Shown here one piece after another: positions 36,280 to 48,092 of a stretch of DNA of 64,000 nucleotides. The notes under the pieces are model-generated. The model was not told the DNA's origin. It saw only the letters and a program-made list of their open reading frames with translations, and ran no database searches. This stretch comes from Mobula hypostoma (taxonomy: Eukaryota). Both the position numbers and the translations under genes were made by a program. Positions within the stretch are counted from its first letter, which is position 1. Each line of letters opens with the position of its first letter. The DNA lies in the NCBI RefSeq assembly GCF_963921235.1, contig NC_086108.1:12090001-12154000 (forward strand), in the 5' to 3' direction.

Positions 36280-37959
36280 TTGTGGAGTCTTGCAAATCTA
36301 AATACACTATATTTTCTTAACCTCTCTATCAATCCTCAATGCTACATCCTCAAAAAATTTGAGCAAATTTATCAACCATTATTCAAACCTCATTCACCTT
36401 TCATGAAACCATATTGACTAGGTTTAATTATTCTGTTTCACTAAATGACTAGTTATTGATTTAGTAGGTTACCAAAGGTTCTTGTAAATAATTTGGAAAA
36501 TGTGTAGCTCAGGAGGTTAATTGTTGGGTTGAATTACCGATCTTTACATTTTTACTGGCAAATTTTTTGTCACCATGTGAGGAGATATTGTTAGTGCACT
36601 GTTGATTACAGTGTCCTCCAAGCACAATCACACCACAATCAACAGCATACTGATGACGTCTCCTTTGTTACAAGGATCTCCCCTTAGTAATAATGATCAG
36701 AGAGGCACAAACAGTACCCGTAATTATCGACAAGTGCCTTTATTGTCGTAATGGAAGAGCATGTGAATTTACACAACTTGTGTGCACACCTAATAAGTTT
36801 TGTGACTGTCCATGAACAGTCTAAGAATACAAAAGGTAATACGTGGGAAAGGAGTCTACCCTGGCCATGCGTTCCTTGTGGTCCCAATCCGATCTCCGCA
36901 TGTCCATGAGGTTCTTTACATCCCCAATGGTTGATCTCTGGAGAGAGTTTCCACTATTTTGCATTCAAGACTTCTGCTTTTATATTCATTCCTTACCAGT
37001 TCAAATGTTACATTTCAGTTTTATTGGCGTTTGGTCATCTGACTGAGCCTTCTTATTGGATCTGGTCCAAACCAGCATCCACTTAGAATGAAAGTGACAA
37101 CTAGTATTTTATGGCTTTTTGTTCTAAATCAGTTACCAAGCCAGTAACCAACTCAAATCACGCAAGTCAAACACAGACCCCACCAATCTCAAACCTACAT
37201 GTTACATTATCAAAGAACACCTCATAAATAACTTCATATTTGGAAATTATCTCTATTGCAGCAGATTACCTGGAGTATCATTGTGCCTAATTTAAAACAC
37301 CGACTGAGTCAAGCAAAATAAGTTCACAATATGGAGGGTGTATAGCAGCTTCACAAAATGGCAGTCTCCATTACTTCAAACTCATGGCAAGAACAAAGGC
37401 AATTGGTTTGTCTGCTTCCATTTTCTTTGATTCACTCAAATTCACTGATTTTATACTGTAGTTTTTTTTTCTGGGTCAACTGCTTGACTGGTGACAAAAT
37501 GTTTACAAGTAAATTGACAAAATTGGAGAACTACTCAGCCAAATTCTTATAAATTTCTGATATTTTAGGACAGATGCTGGTCTAGTCATTGGAGATTTGG
37601 TTGTTCTGATATCTTAGATAATATATACAGTGTGTTCTAAGCTAAAGACCAATGCAAAAAAAACTGGTTCAACATTCAACATATCTAACAATTCTTTGCT
37701 GCTATTAGTTACCCAGCCTCACTTCCCACAGGCTCTACACCTACCTTAGCTGCCCTCATACTATTTATGTATCCATAGTAATTCTACTGTTTGTTTTCTC
37801 TCACTCTTCATTGTATCCTTTACCATGTATCTTTTGCCTCTAAATTCTAATAACGCCCACTAGCTCTTGTCATTTGGTGTGCCCTAGTTTTTAATTTAAC
37901 ATTATCCTCCTTTGTGTATCCATGCAGTTCTTCTTTGTGATTGGGATAACAATAAAATA

Positions 37960-38790
37960 TGATAAGGTATTGGGGCAGAATTAGGCCATTTGGCCCATCA
38001 AGTCTGCTCCACCATTTCATCATGGTTGATCCATTTTCCCTCTCAGCCACTATAGAAACATAGAAACATAGAAAATAGGTGCAGGAGTAGGCCATTCGGC
38101 CCTTCGAGCCTGCACCGCCATTCAGTATGATCATAGCTGACCATCCAACTCAGAACCCTGCCCCAGCCTTCCCTCCATACCCCCTGATCCCCGTAGCCAC
38201 AAGGGCCATATCTAACTCCCTCTTAAATATAGCCAATGAACTGGCCTCAACTGTTTCCTGTGGCAGAGAATTCCACAGATTCACCACTCTCTGTGTGAAG
38301 AAGTTTTTCCTAATCTCTGTCCTAAAAGGCTTCCCCTTTATCCTCAAACTGTCACTATCTCCTGCCTTCTCCCCGTATCCCTTCATGCCCCTGACTAATC
38401 AAAAATCTATCAACCTCAGCCTTATGTATATCTAGTGACTTGGCCTCCATAGCAGCCTGTGGCAACGAATTCCACAGATCCACCATTCACTAGATAAAGA
38501 AATTCCTCCTCATTGCTGTTCTAAAAGGATGCCCCTTCTATCCTGAGGATGTGTCCTCTGGTTTTAGACTTTTCCACAGTAGGAAACATCCTCTCCACAT
38601 TCAATCTATCAAGACTTTTCAACATTTGATAGGTGTTAATGAGGTCACCCCTCGTTCTTCTGAATTCCAGTGAGAACAGGCCCAGAGTCATCAAACGCTC
38701 CTTATATGATAAGCTTTTCAATCCCAGGATCATTTTTGTAAGCCTCCTTTGAACCCTCCCTAATGCCAACACATCCTTTTTTAGATAATA
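37960..38790 (-). mobile_element. Older CR1 3' fragment hosting a young CR1
   Basis: ORF 38521..38772; the 3' UTR continues on both sides of the insert. Confidence 0.88.
38054..38352 (-). mobile_element. Young CR1 3' fragment (same subfamily as 2212-4404)
   Basis: (TTTCTATG)n tail and a TSD CACTAT (38048-38053 / 38353-38358). Confidence 0.93.
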
Positions 38791-39679
38791 TACCAGCTGT
38801 TTAAATATCTACCACTGTTCATCTACTGACCTGTGACTTAGCCTGCTTACCCAGTCTACCTTAGACCACTGCTCCCTCAGGCAATCATAATGGATCTTAT
38901 TTAAATTAAAGGCACTGGTCACGGGCCTAAGGTGCTCATTCGCGAGTTAATTTGGAAGTAAACACAAGATACCTAATTAGTCCTTTATTACATAAGACCA
39001 ACTCTAATCTAAACCCTCCCTAGGCAGACTCCACCATGCTCCGCTATAAAAGGCAGTCCCTGGTGCAGTCTTTGGATTCTTCTTCTACAATGCCCTTACT
39101 AGTTTGGTTTGTCAATCAAAGTGTCGATTCTCAGTCATTTCTTTACAACCCTTGGCTGCAAGTTGTTGAGTCCCACTGATTTATTCACCTTTAACCCTGT
39201 TAATTTCTCAAATACTTCATTCCTTCTGTTTGTGATTTGGCAAGCTGCTCCAAGTTATTGGAAAGTAGCCCAAATGTTATCCTGCGGATATCTGCAATAT
39301 CCTTCTGGATGAAGTTATCTGCCCCATCCTCCTGAGGGACAAGTGATTAAATGCATCTGCCATTTCATTGCTCCCTCCTGTTAATTCACCAACCTGGCCT
39401 TTAGAGAGGTCACACCTAGCTAAGCACTCTCTTCCTCTTCTCCCCAAATTTATTTTCTGAGGTAGTGTCCCAACTCGGAATGTTGTAGTTTGTCTCAATT
39501 ATTTTCATGTTTCTTATCTTTCTCTTGAGTGTCAGGTGTTGGTCTTTATTTATTTTATATCTTTAATTAGGTCATTTCAGGTTTCTTGCTTTCTGGCGAC
39601 CTGTAAATAAACAAAGATAGTAATCTTGAGACTGCTGCCTGTGCCACATGACAGTGAGGGTAGGAATAGAATAAAGTAA

Positions 39680-39948
39680 AGGGATCCATTAGTTTTGCGA
39701 GTCCATGGATCTGCGCCTGGAAAGTCTTCACTCTCCAGGGCGCAGGCCTGGGCAAGGTTGTATGGAAGACCAACAGTTGCCCATGCTGCAAGTCTCCCCT
39801 CTCCACGACACCGATGTTGTCCAAGGGAAGGGCATTAGGACCCATACAGCTTGGCACCAGTGTCGTCGCAGAGCACTGTGTTCAAGGACACAACACGTTG
39901 CCTCGGCTGGGACTCGAACTCACTACCTTCGGATTGCTAGTCGAATGC
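39680..39948 (-). mobile_element. tRNA-derived SINE (family of 19000-19288), A box lost
   Basis: Shared body; B box GAGTTCGAGTCC on the minus strand. Confidence 0.85.
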
Positions 39949-41555
39949 CTGAAGAATTGGAGCAGGGGGCAGGATTCAGATTTTTGGATAATTGGGGCCT
40001 CTTCTGGCACTTGAATCCAAGGGGGACAAATATTCTTGTGGGCAGATTTACTAGAACTGTTGGGAGTGGTTTAACCAAATATGGCAGGGAGCTGGGAACC
40101 CGTATGATAGAGCTGAGGATGAGCCAGCAGGTTTACAAGAGAATGATGGGTGTAACATGAATGTAAGGAAAGACATGTCATTGATTGGGTTGAAATGCAG
40201 ACAGAGCACAGAGTTAAATTGTACCACAGAGGCAAAATTTGAAAGCGCAAAGAATGCGGGATTGAAGGTGCTGCATTTAAATGCGCGTAGCACTTGGAAT
40301 AAGGTGGGTGAACTCATGGCGCAATTAGAGACTGGCTGGTATGACGATGGCATCACTGAGTGGTGGCTGAAAGAAAGACTACGTTTGGAGCTTAACATCA
40401 GAGGGTATACTTTATATCAAAAGGACAGGCAAGAAGGCACAGGCGGTGGTGTGGCTCTGTTGGTAAGAGATGGAATTACGTCTTTAGAAAGAGGTGACGT
40501 AGAGTCAGAGACTGTGAATCTTTGTGAAACTGCAAGGGAGAAAAATCTAATATGGGAATCATGTACAAGCCTCCAAATAGTAGCCAAGATGTGGGGTTAA
40601 GATTTCAAAGGGAGCTGGCAAAAGCATGTAATAAGGGTAATGTCACAATTGTAATAGGAGCTTTCATATGCGAGAGGATTGGGAAAATCAGGTTGGTGTT
40701 GGATCGCAAGAGAAGGACTTTGTTGAATGTCCACAAGAAGGCTTTTTAGAGCAGCTTGTGCTTGAGCTGACTTGGGAAAATGTTAGATTGAGTGTTGTGT
40801 GATAACCCAGATCTTATTAGAGAGCTTAATGCAAAGGAGCCCTTAGGAGACGGTGATCATAATATAACTGAATTCCCTCTGCAATTTGAGAAGGAGAAGG
40901 ATAAGTCACATATATCAATATCACAATAAAATAAAGGGAATTACAAAGGCATGAGAGAGGAGCTTGCCCGGATGGATTTGGAGGAGGATACTGGCGGGGA
41001 TGACAGCAGAGCAGAAATGGCTGAAGTTTCGGGGAATAGTTCATAAGGCACAGGATAGATATGTCCCACAGATGAAGAACTCTCATTTGGCAGAGGTAGG
41101 CAACCATGGCTGACAAAGGACGTTAAGGTCTGCATAAAAGCCAAGCAAAAGGCATATAAGGCAGCAAAAGTGAGTGGGAAGTTGGATGATTGGGAAGATT
41201 TTAAAATCCAACAAAAGGCAATTCATCATCATCATCATCAGGTGCCATGCCCAGTTTGAGTTTTGACTACCATGGCCCACATACTCCTGTTTCGGGTCAA
41301 GTGGATCAATTCTTTGGTATTTATTTCCAGTTCTCTGGCAGCTGTCTCCATCATCATTTGTCTTTGTCTTCCTCTTGCTTTCTTCCCTTCAATCTTTCCC
41401 ATAATTACCGTGCATTCTAACTCCTCTTTCCTAATCACATGTCCAATGAAGTTACGCAGACACGAGGAAATCTGCAGATGCTGGAAATTCAAGCAACACA
41501 CACAAAAAATACTGGTGAACGCAGCAGGCCAGACAGCATCTGTAGGAAGAGGTAC

Positions 41556-41601
41556 AGTCGACGTTTCGGGCCAGGTCAGGCCGGGACCCTTTGTCAGGAC
41601 T
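41556..41601 (-). ncRNA. Minimal hammerhead ribozyme motif, core mutated
   Basis: The minus strand reads AGTC-CTGACAA-AGGG-TCCCGGCCTGACCTGG-CCC-GAAA-CG-TC-GACT, with G8>A and a 10-nt loop II insertion. Confidence 0.65.
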
Positions 41602-42187
41602 AACTGAAAGAAAAGATAGTAAGAGATTTGAAAGTGAGTGGGGGAGGGGAGGGGGAGATCCGAAATGATAGGAGAAGACAGGAGGGGAGGGGTGGATGTA
41701 AGAGCTGGGAAGTTGATTGGCAAAAGGGATACCAGGCTGGAGAAGGGAAAGGATCATGGGACGGGAAGCCTGGGGAGAAAGAGAAGAGGAGAGGGGAGCA
41801 CGAAGGGCGGAGAGCAGGCAAGGAGTTAGAGGGACAGAGGGAGAAAAAAAAGAGAGAGAATAAAAAGGGGAGAAATAAAAAATTTATAAAAATATATAAA
41901 ATAACTAAATAGGAGTGTGAAGGGGAGAGGGGCATTAACGGGAATTAGAGAAGTCAATGTTCATGCCATCAGGTTGGAGGCTACCCAGACGGAATATAAG
42001 ATGTTGTTCCTCCAACCTGAGTGTGGCTTCATCTTGACAGTAGAGGAGGCCGCAGATAGACATATCAGAATGGGAATGGGATGTGGAATTAAAATGTGTG
42101 GCCACTGGGAGATCTTGCTTTCTCTGGCGGAAAGAGCGTAGGTGTTCAGTGAAATGGTCTCCCAGCCTGCGTCGGGTCTCACCAATA

Positions 42188-42832
42188 TAGAAACATAGAA
42201 ACATAGAAAATAGGTGCAGGAGTAGGCCATTCGACCCTTCGAGCCTGCACCGCCATTTATTATGATCATGGCTGATCATCCAACTCAGAACCCCGCCCCA
42301 GCCTTCCCTCCATACCCCCTGACCCCTGTAGCCACAAGGGCCATATCCAACTCCCTCTTAAATATAACCAATGAACTGGCCTCAACTGTTTCCTGTGGCA
42401 GAGAATTCCACAGATTCACCACTCTCTGTGTGAAGAAGTTTATCCTAATCTCGGTCCTAAAAGGCTTCCCCTCTATCCTCAAACTGTGACCCCTCGTTCT
42501 GGACTTCCCCAACATCGGGAACAATCTTCCTGCATCTAGCCTGTCCAATCCCTTTAGGATTTTATACATTTCAATCAGATCCCCCCTCAATCTTCTAAAT
42601 TCCAACAAGTACAAGCCCAGTTCATCCAGTCTTTCTTCATATGAAAGTCCTGCCATCCCAGGAATCAATCTGGTGAACCTTCTTTGTACTCCCTCTATGG
42701 CAAAGATGTCTTTCCTCAGATTAGGGGACCAAAACTGCACACAATACTCCAGGTGTGGTCTCACCAAGGCCTTGTACAACTGCAGTAGTACCTCTCTGCT
42801 CCTGTACTCGAATCCTCTCGCTATAAATGCCA
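42188..42832 (-). mobile_element. Young CR1 3' fragment inserted in the PLE GIY-YIG motif
   Basis: ORF 42285..42833 differs from the 2953..4317 C-terminus at about 8 of ~180 aa; (TTTCTATG)n tail. Confidence 0.95.
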
Positions 42833-43424
42833 CATCGAGAGCACCAGACGCAGTATATCACCCCAGCCGACTCACAGGTGAAGTGTCGCCTCACCTGGAA
42901 GGACTGTCTGGGGCCCTGAATGGTGGTAAGGGAGGAAGTGTAAGGGCATGTGTAGCACTTGTTCCGCTTACAAGGATAAGTGCCGGGAGGGAGATCACTG
43001 GAGAGGGATGGGGGGATGAATGGACAAGGGAGTCGCATAGGGAGCGATCCCTGCGAAAAGCAGAAAGAGCGGGGAGGTAAAGATGTGCTTGGTGGTGGGA
43101 ACCCATTGGAGGTGGCGGAAGTTACGGGGAATTATATGTTCAGAAGGAGTAAGGTTGGAATTGGAACAAGGTGTGGTGAAGTCGAGACGGTTGATGTCCC
43201 ATCGGCAGTTAGCAATAAAGAGATACAGAGCAGGCAGAAGACCAGAGTGGGGAGTCCATGAAGAGGAGGAGGGTTGAGGACGGGAGAAGGGGTCATCGGT
43301 TGGGGTGGGAGAGTCCTTGCTGAAGAAGTGGGCTCGAAGACGGAGCCAGTGGAGGAAGTGTTCAGCGTCATGGCATATGCAGAATTCACTGAGGTGTGAA
43401 CGAAGGGGGCAAAGGTAAGGCCCT

Positions 43425-43459
43425 TCCTGACGAAGGGTCCTGGCCCGAAACGTCGACTG
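43425..43459 (+). ncRNA. Minimal hammerhead ribozyme motif, intact core
   Basis: TC-CTGACGA-A-GGGT-CCTG-GCCC-GAAA-CG-TC-GACTG. GUC triplet at 43452-43454; the helix I 5' arm is cut to 2 nt. Confidence 0.75.
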
Positions 43460-44416
43460 TACCTCTTCCTATAGATGCTGCCTGGCCTGCTGCGTTCACC
43501 AGCAATTTTTATGTGTGTGTTCCAATGGAGTTACGTTGCCTTTCCATGATCTCATATATTTTCTCTTTTTGTGTTTCCTCTGTTCATGACATCCTCATTA
43601 GATATTCGTTTCATCCATGATATTCTTTGCATCCACCTCAAAAACCAATTAAAAAAGGCAATTAAAAAAAGTTATAAGAAGGAAAAAGATGAATTATGAG
43701 GAAGACTAGCCAATAATATAAAGCAGGATACCAAAAGTTTATTCAGTTATATAAAGAATAAAAGGGAAGTGAGAGTTGATTCTGGAATGGTCCTGGAGGA
43801 CTGGAAGATTGCAAATGTCACTCCACTCTTTAAGAAAGGAGGAAGGCAAAAGAAAGGAAACTATAGGCCCGTTAGCCTAACCTCAGTGGTTGGGAAAGTG
43901 TTGGAGTCTATTATTAAGGATGAGGTTTTGATGTACTTGGAGACTAATGATAAAATAAATCAAAGTCTGCATAGTTTCTGTAAAAGGAAATCTTGCCTGT
44001 CAGACCTGTTAGAGTTCTTCGAGGAAGTAACAAGCAGGAAGGACAAACGGGAGGCAGTGGATGTCATTTACTTGGATTTTCAGAAGGCATTTGATAAGGT
44101 ACCACAGATGAGGCTGCTTAACAAGATCTAATCCTATGGAATTACAGGAAAGATACTGGCATGGACAGAGGAATGGCTGACAGGCAGGAGGCAATGAGAG
44201 GGAATAAGGAGGCCTTTTCTTGGTTTGCTGCCAGTGACCAGTGGTGTTTCTCAGGGGTCAGTATTGGACCACTACTTTTCATATTGTTTGTCAGTGATTT
44301 GGATAATGGAATTAATAGCTTTGTGGCAAAGTTTATGGATGATAGGAAGATAGGTGGAAGGGTAGGTAGTGCTGAGGAAGCAATGTGATTGCAGCAGGAC
44401 TTAGACAAATTGGAAG

Positions 44417-44901
44417 TGTAATTCCCTGGTTAATATTCTATCCAATTAGGATGGCTGGACTAAGAAGTTTCTCTGGTGAGGATCACTAAGGTTGGGCTTG
44501 GGGTCTTTTGTGAAGGAGATGAAGAGAGAAGACGCTGAAGAGAAGAGGTCGTAGGATTCGACACGGAGTGGGTCCATTATTCAACGAAGACCAGGATGAG
44601 ATCGAAGGAGAATCGGAGAAGGGGAAACCTTGAGCTCCAACTTATGCATATTAGACTGTTTCATTAAAGTGGGTCCTTTTCTTTTTACTAACCCTTTAGT
44701 CAAATTAAGAATTATAAAGCTAAATCTTTTAATTGTATGTGGTGTACTGTCGCAGCACTTATTTGTAACAGGACAACGAATCACAAAGCATCCACACAAC
44801 TACATGCTTCGGGGTGAGTTTGCACCTCAATCTCACATGTTTGGCGGGGCCAGAGAGCGACTTCCCTAGACTTGCGCAACTGACGGAACCGGAGTGCTTC
44901 A
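44417..44901. mobile_element. 485-bp solo LTR
   Basis: TGTAAT...GCTTCA with a perfect 4-bp TSD GAAG (44413-44416 / 44902-44905). The CR1 reads through when it is removed. Confidence 0.85.
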
Positions 44902-45221
44902 GAAGAACGAAAAAAATGTGGCAGATGGAATACAGTGTTGGGAAATGTATGATAATGCGTTTTGGTAAAAGAAACAAGAGTGCCAACTATTGTCTAAATG
45001 GGAAGAAAATTCAAACATCAAAGGTGCAGAGGGACTTAGGAGCCCTAATGCAAGACTCTCTGAAATTTAATTTATAAGCTGAGTCTGTGGTAAAGAAGGC
45101 AAATACAATGTTGGTATTTATTTCAAGGGGATTAGAATATAAAAGCAAGGAGATTATGCTGAGCCTTTATAAGACTCTAGTCAGGCTGCACTTGGAGTAT
45201 TGTCAACAGTTTTGGGCTCCT

Positions 45222-45570
45222 CTTCTTCTTCTTATCGTGTCCACGGACAGTCTATACATGGCCCAACAAGAACCGGACACTTTTTGCGCCTTTCTGTTGA
45301 ATTCGGCAAGATCTGCAACAGTCCAGGGTTCCTCTAGCGATGGGCATTGCGGGAGATGTTGCATAGTTTGTGGCTCAGTTCCACATTCATAAGTTGTCAG
45401 GTTGGTTGTATATCCCCATATGCTTAGTGACACCTTTGAACGACCTACTCCAGTCCCAAATCTGTTAAGGCACTTCCAGGTTGCCCAGTTGCAATTAGGC
45501 TTTCATCCGGTGAAATTTCCATCGTTGGGAGTTGTTTGAGACTGGTCTTTCAACAAGGCGATGCGGGCTT
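45222..45570 (-). mobile_element. I-group (Vingi/Ingi-like) LINE 3' fragment
   Basis: WATWKCLNRFGTGVGRSK...WGY...ECGTEPQTMQHLPQC (C-terminal zinc knuckle), (AAG)n tail, and an imperfect TSD TTTTGGGCT(C/G)C. Confidence 0.7.
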
Positions 45571-45610
45571 CAGATTTTGGGCTGCATATCTCAGAAAAGG
45601 TGTGTTGTCC

Positions 45611-46352
45611 TCATAAAGGAATCAACAGTGGAGAGAGTGAGCAGATTCAAGTTCCTGGGTGTCAAGATCTCTGAGGGCCTAACCTGGTCCCAACATATCA
45701 ATGTAGCTATAAAGAAGCCAGAATAATGACTATATTTCATTAGGAGTTTGAAGAGATTTGGTACGTCAACAAAAGCACTCAAAAACTTCCATAGATGTAC
45801 TGTAGGGAGCATTCTGACAGGCTGCACCGTTGTCTGGTATTGCGGGGCGGGGGGGGGGGATGGGCGCAGATTACTGCACAGGACCGAAAGAAGCTGCAGA
45901 GAGTTGTAAAATTAGTCGGCTCCATCTTGGGTACTAGCCTACAAAGTACCCAGGACATCTTCAAGAAGCGGTGTCTCAGTAAGGCAGATTCCATTAGTAA
46001 GGACTCCTCCAGCACCAAGGCATCATTGTTCCTCACTGTTACCATCAGGTAGGAGGCACAGAAACCTGAAGGCACACACTCAGCAATTCAGAAACAGGTT
46101 CTCCCCCTCTGCCATCCGATTCCTAAATGCACATTGAACCCAGAACACCACCTCACTTTTCTAATATATATTATTTCTGTTTTTGCACAATTTTTAATCT
46201 ATTCAATGTATATATATATATAGTAATTGATTTACTTATTTATTTAATTTTACTTTTTTCTTCTATATTATGTATAACATTGAACTGCTGCTGCTAAGTT
46301 AATACATTTCATGACACAAGCCGGTGATAGTAAACCTCATTCTGTATCTGAT
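45611..46352 (+). mobile_element. Rex1-type LINE 3' fragment (family of 5665-8520)
   Basis: VERVSRFKFLGVKISE, with the same 3' UTR. Confidence 0.9.
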
Positions 46353-46855
46353 TATCATTGGAGAGAGTCCAGAGGAGGTTCACAAGGATGATTCCGGGAA
46401 TGAAGAGGATAACATAAGAGGAGTGTTTGCAGCTTTGGGTCTGTACTCACTGGAATTTAAAAGAATCGGGGGGGGGGGGGATCTCATTGAAACCTATCGA
46501 ATGTTGAAAGGATTAGATAGAGTGGACGTGGAGAGGATGTTTCCTATGGTGGGGGTATCCAGAACTAGAGGGCACAGCCTCAAAATTGAGGGCTGACTCT
46601 TTAGAACAGAGGTAAGGAGGAATTTTTTTTAACTAAAGCGTAGTGAATCTGTGCAATGCTCTGACACGGACTGCAGTGGAGGCCAAGTCTGTGGGTACAT
46701 TTTAGGTGGCAGTTGATCATTCCCAGTTAGGTCAGGGTATCAAAGAGTATGGCGAGAAAGCAGGTGTATGGAGCTGAGTGGATCAGCCATGATGGACTGG
46801 CAGAGTAGACTCGATGAGCTGAATGGCCTAATTCTGCTCCTATGTCTTATGGTCT

Positions 46856-47955
46856 AAATCTCAAAGTTGTGCGATTTTATACATTCTTTAATAAGAAATG
46901 TACTTTGAATCCTTTGAATCCATAAAATACTCCTGGACTTCAGAACAAAGAACAGAACAGCACAGGACAGGCCCTATGACGTTGAGCCAAACTTTTAGAC
47001 TACTCTAAAATCAATCTAAACCTTTCCACCTACCCGCCCCCCCAACACTGCTCCCATTTTTCTATCATCCACGTGCCTATCTAAGAGTTTCCTAAAGTCT
47101 CAGTGTATGTGCCTCTCAGTGAGCCCTGGCAAGACGCCGCATGCACCTTGCAGAGCTGGTGAAGCACAGTGACAACTTGCCAGCAACACACACAGCGAAG
47201 AACTACTTTATTACTCACTCTGTCTCTTGAAAATGATCACTGCAATTAATAGCCTGTAATTTCCCTTTCAGAGCTGAGCTTTCGAACTGCCCGTTTGCTG
47301 TGGCATTTTTGCAGTGTGAACTAAAGGCTCGAAGATGCAGGACGGCTGTGGCGTGGCATGTATTGGCCGAATCGAGGTAGTGGGGCCCAGGCCTGGGCCT
47401 TGGAGCAGGGAGGAAGCCGATGTTTGGCCATTGCTGGAGCGGACTTGGAGGAGATACAAAGTGATAGAACCGAGGCGAGGCAGAGTTGAGGCAGCAAGAC
47501 CTGGGCCTGAGAATGAGGAACAACCCATTCTTTGGCTGATTTAAACAGTGGGCCAGATTGGAAAGGTCGGGTACAGATCAATTCCAAGACGGTGGGGTCT
47601 GGACCTGAGAATGTATCAAAGTATTGAAATATAGATCTGAGAGCAACGAACGACCCAGGGTTTGACAAATTTAAGCACCAAGCCAAATTGAAAAGGTCAG
47701 AGTATCAAAGATGGAGGCAAGGGAGGGTGGGTGTTCAGCATACTGCTCCTCAAGGTTTACTTTTCTCTGCACCAAATTGAGTCTGTGGCCTGCAGCTAAT
47801 GGCTGTGAATGGCTTCATGGCTGTGGACTTAGAACATAGAACATAGAAATCTGTAGCATATTACAGGCCGTTCAGTCCACAACGTTGTGCCTACGCTAGA
47901 AACAGCCTAGAATTTCCCTTCTGCATAGCCCTCTATTTTTCTAAGCTCAATGTAC
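46856..47955. mobile_element. Mosaic: Rex tail (+, ~46856-46920), CR1 3' ends (-, ~46945-47150 and ~47830-47955), unclassified repeat (~47300-47830)
   Basis: Tail microsatellites (TTTGAATCC; AGAACAT) and CR1 UTR similarity. Confidence 0.55.
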
Positions 47956-48092
47956 TTTGGAGGTCTTCTTCAGAGCATGCTGCCATGGTGTTGTCATCTG
48001 TGTACTGAAGCTCCATGATAGTGGTGATGCTGACCTTGAACTGGTTCAGGTTTAAAAGCCTGCTGTCCATTTTATACACAATTGGATTTCCT
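47956..48092 (-). mobile_element. RTE-clade RT fragment
   Basis: IVYKMDSRLLNLNQFK...IMELQYTDDNTMAACSEEDLQ (YADD region). Confidence 0.75.

Larger units (their letters stand above)
41457..43520 (-). mobile_element. Penelope-like element, internally deleted (no RT), with GIY-YIG endonuclease and inverted terminal repeats
   Basis: KGLTF...LRLRAHFF...NLTPSE is fused at ~43140 to the pre-EN region. CKRNKCYTC...VIYCVWCSRCG / YIGETRRRL...EH...VATHFN. 15-bp TSD TCCAATG(A/G)AGTTACG (41442-41456 / 43521-43535). Confidence 0.93.
41224..43652 (-). mobile_element. RTE-clade LINE 3' fragment, split by a PLE
   Basis: MQRISWMKRISNEDV...RNFIGHVIRKEELE...GKIEGKKARGRQR, (TGA)n tail, and an 11-bp TSD AAAAGGCAATT (41213-41223 / 43653-43663). 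Confidence 0.88.
39947..46855 (+). mobile_element. Long decayed CR1 (ORF1 esterase C-terminus, APE endonuclease, RT, tail) hosting several insertions
   Basis: GFRFLDNWGLFW-HLNPRGTNIL (ORF1); LHLNARS..NK, GITE.WL and GGGVALLV (EN); YLDFQKAFDKV (RT). Segments 39947-41223, 43653-44416, 44902-45221, 45571-45610 and 46353-46855, with an internal deletion near 43780. Confidence 0.88.
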
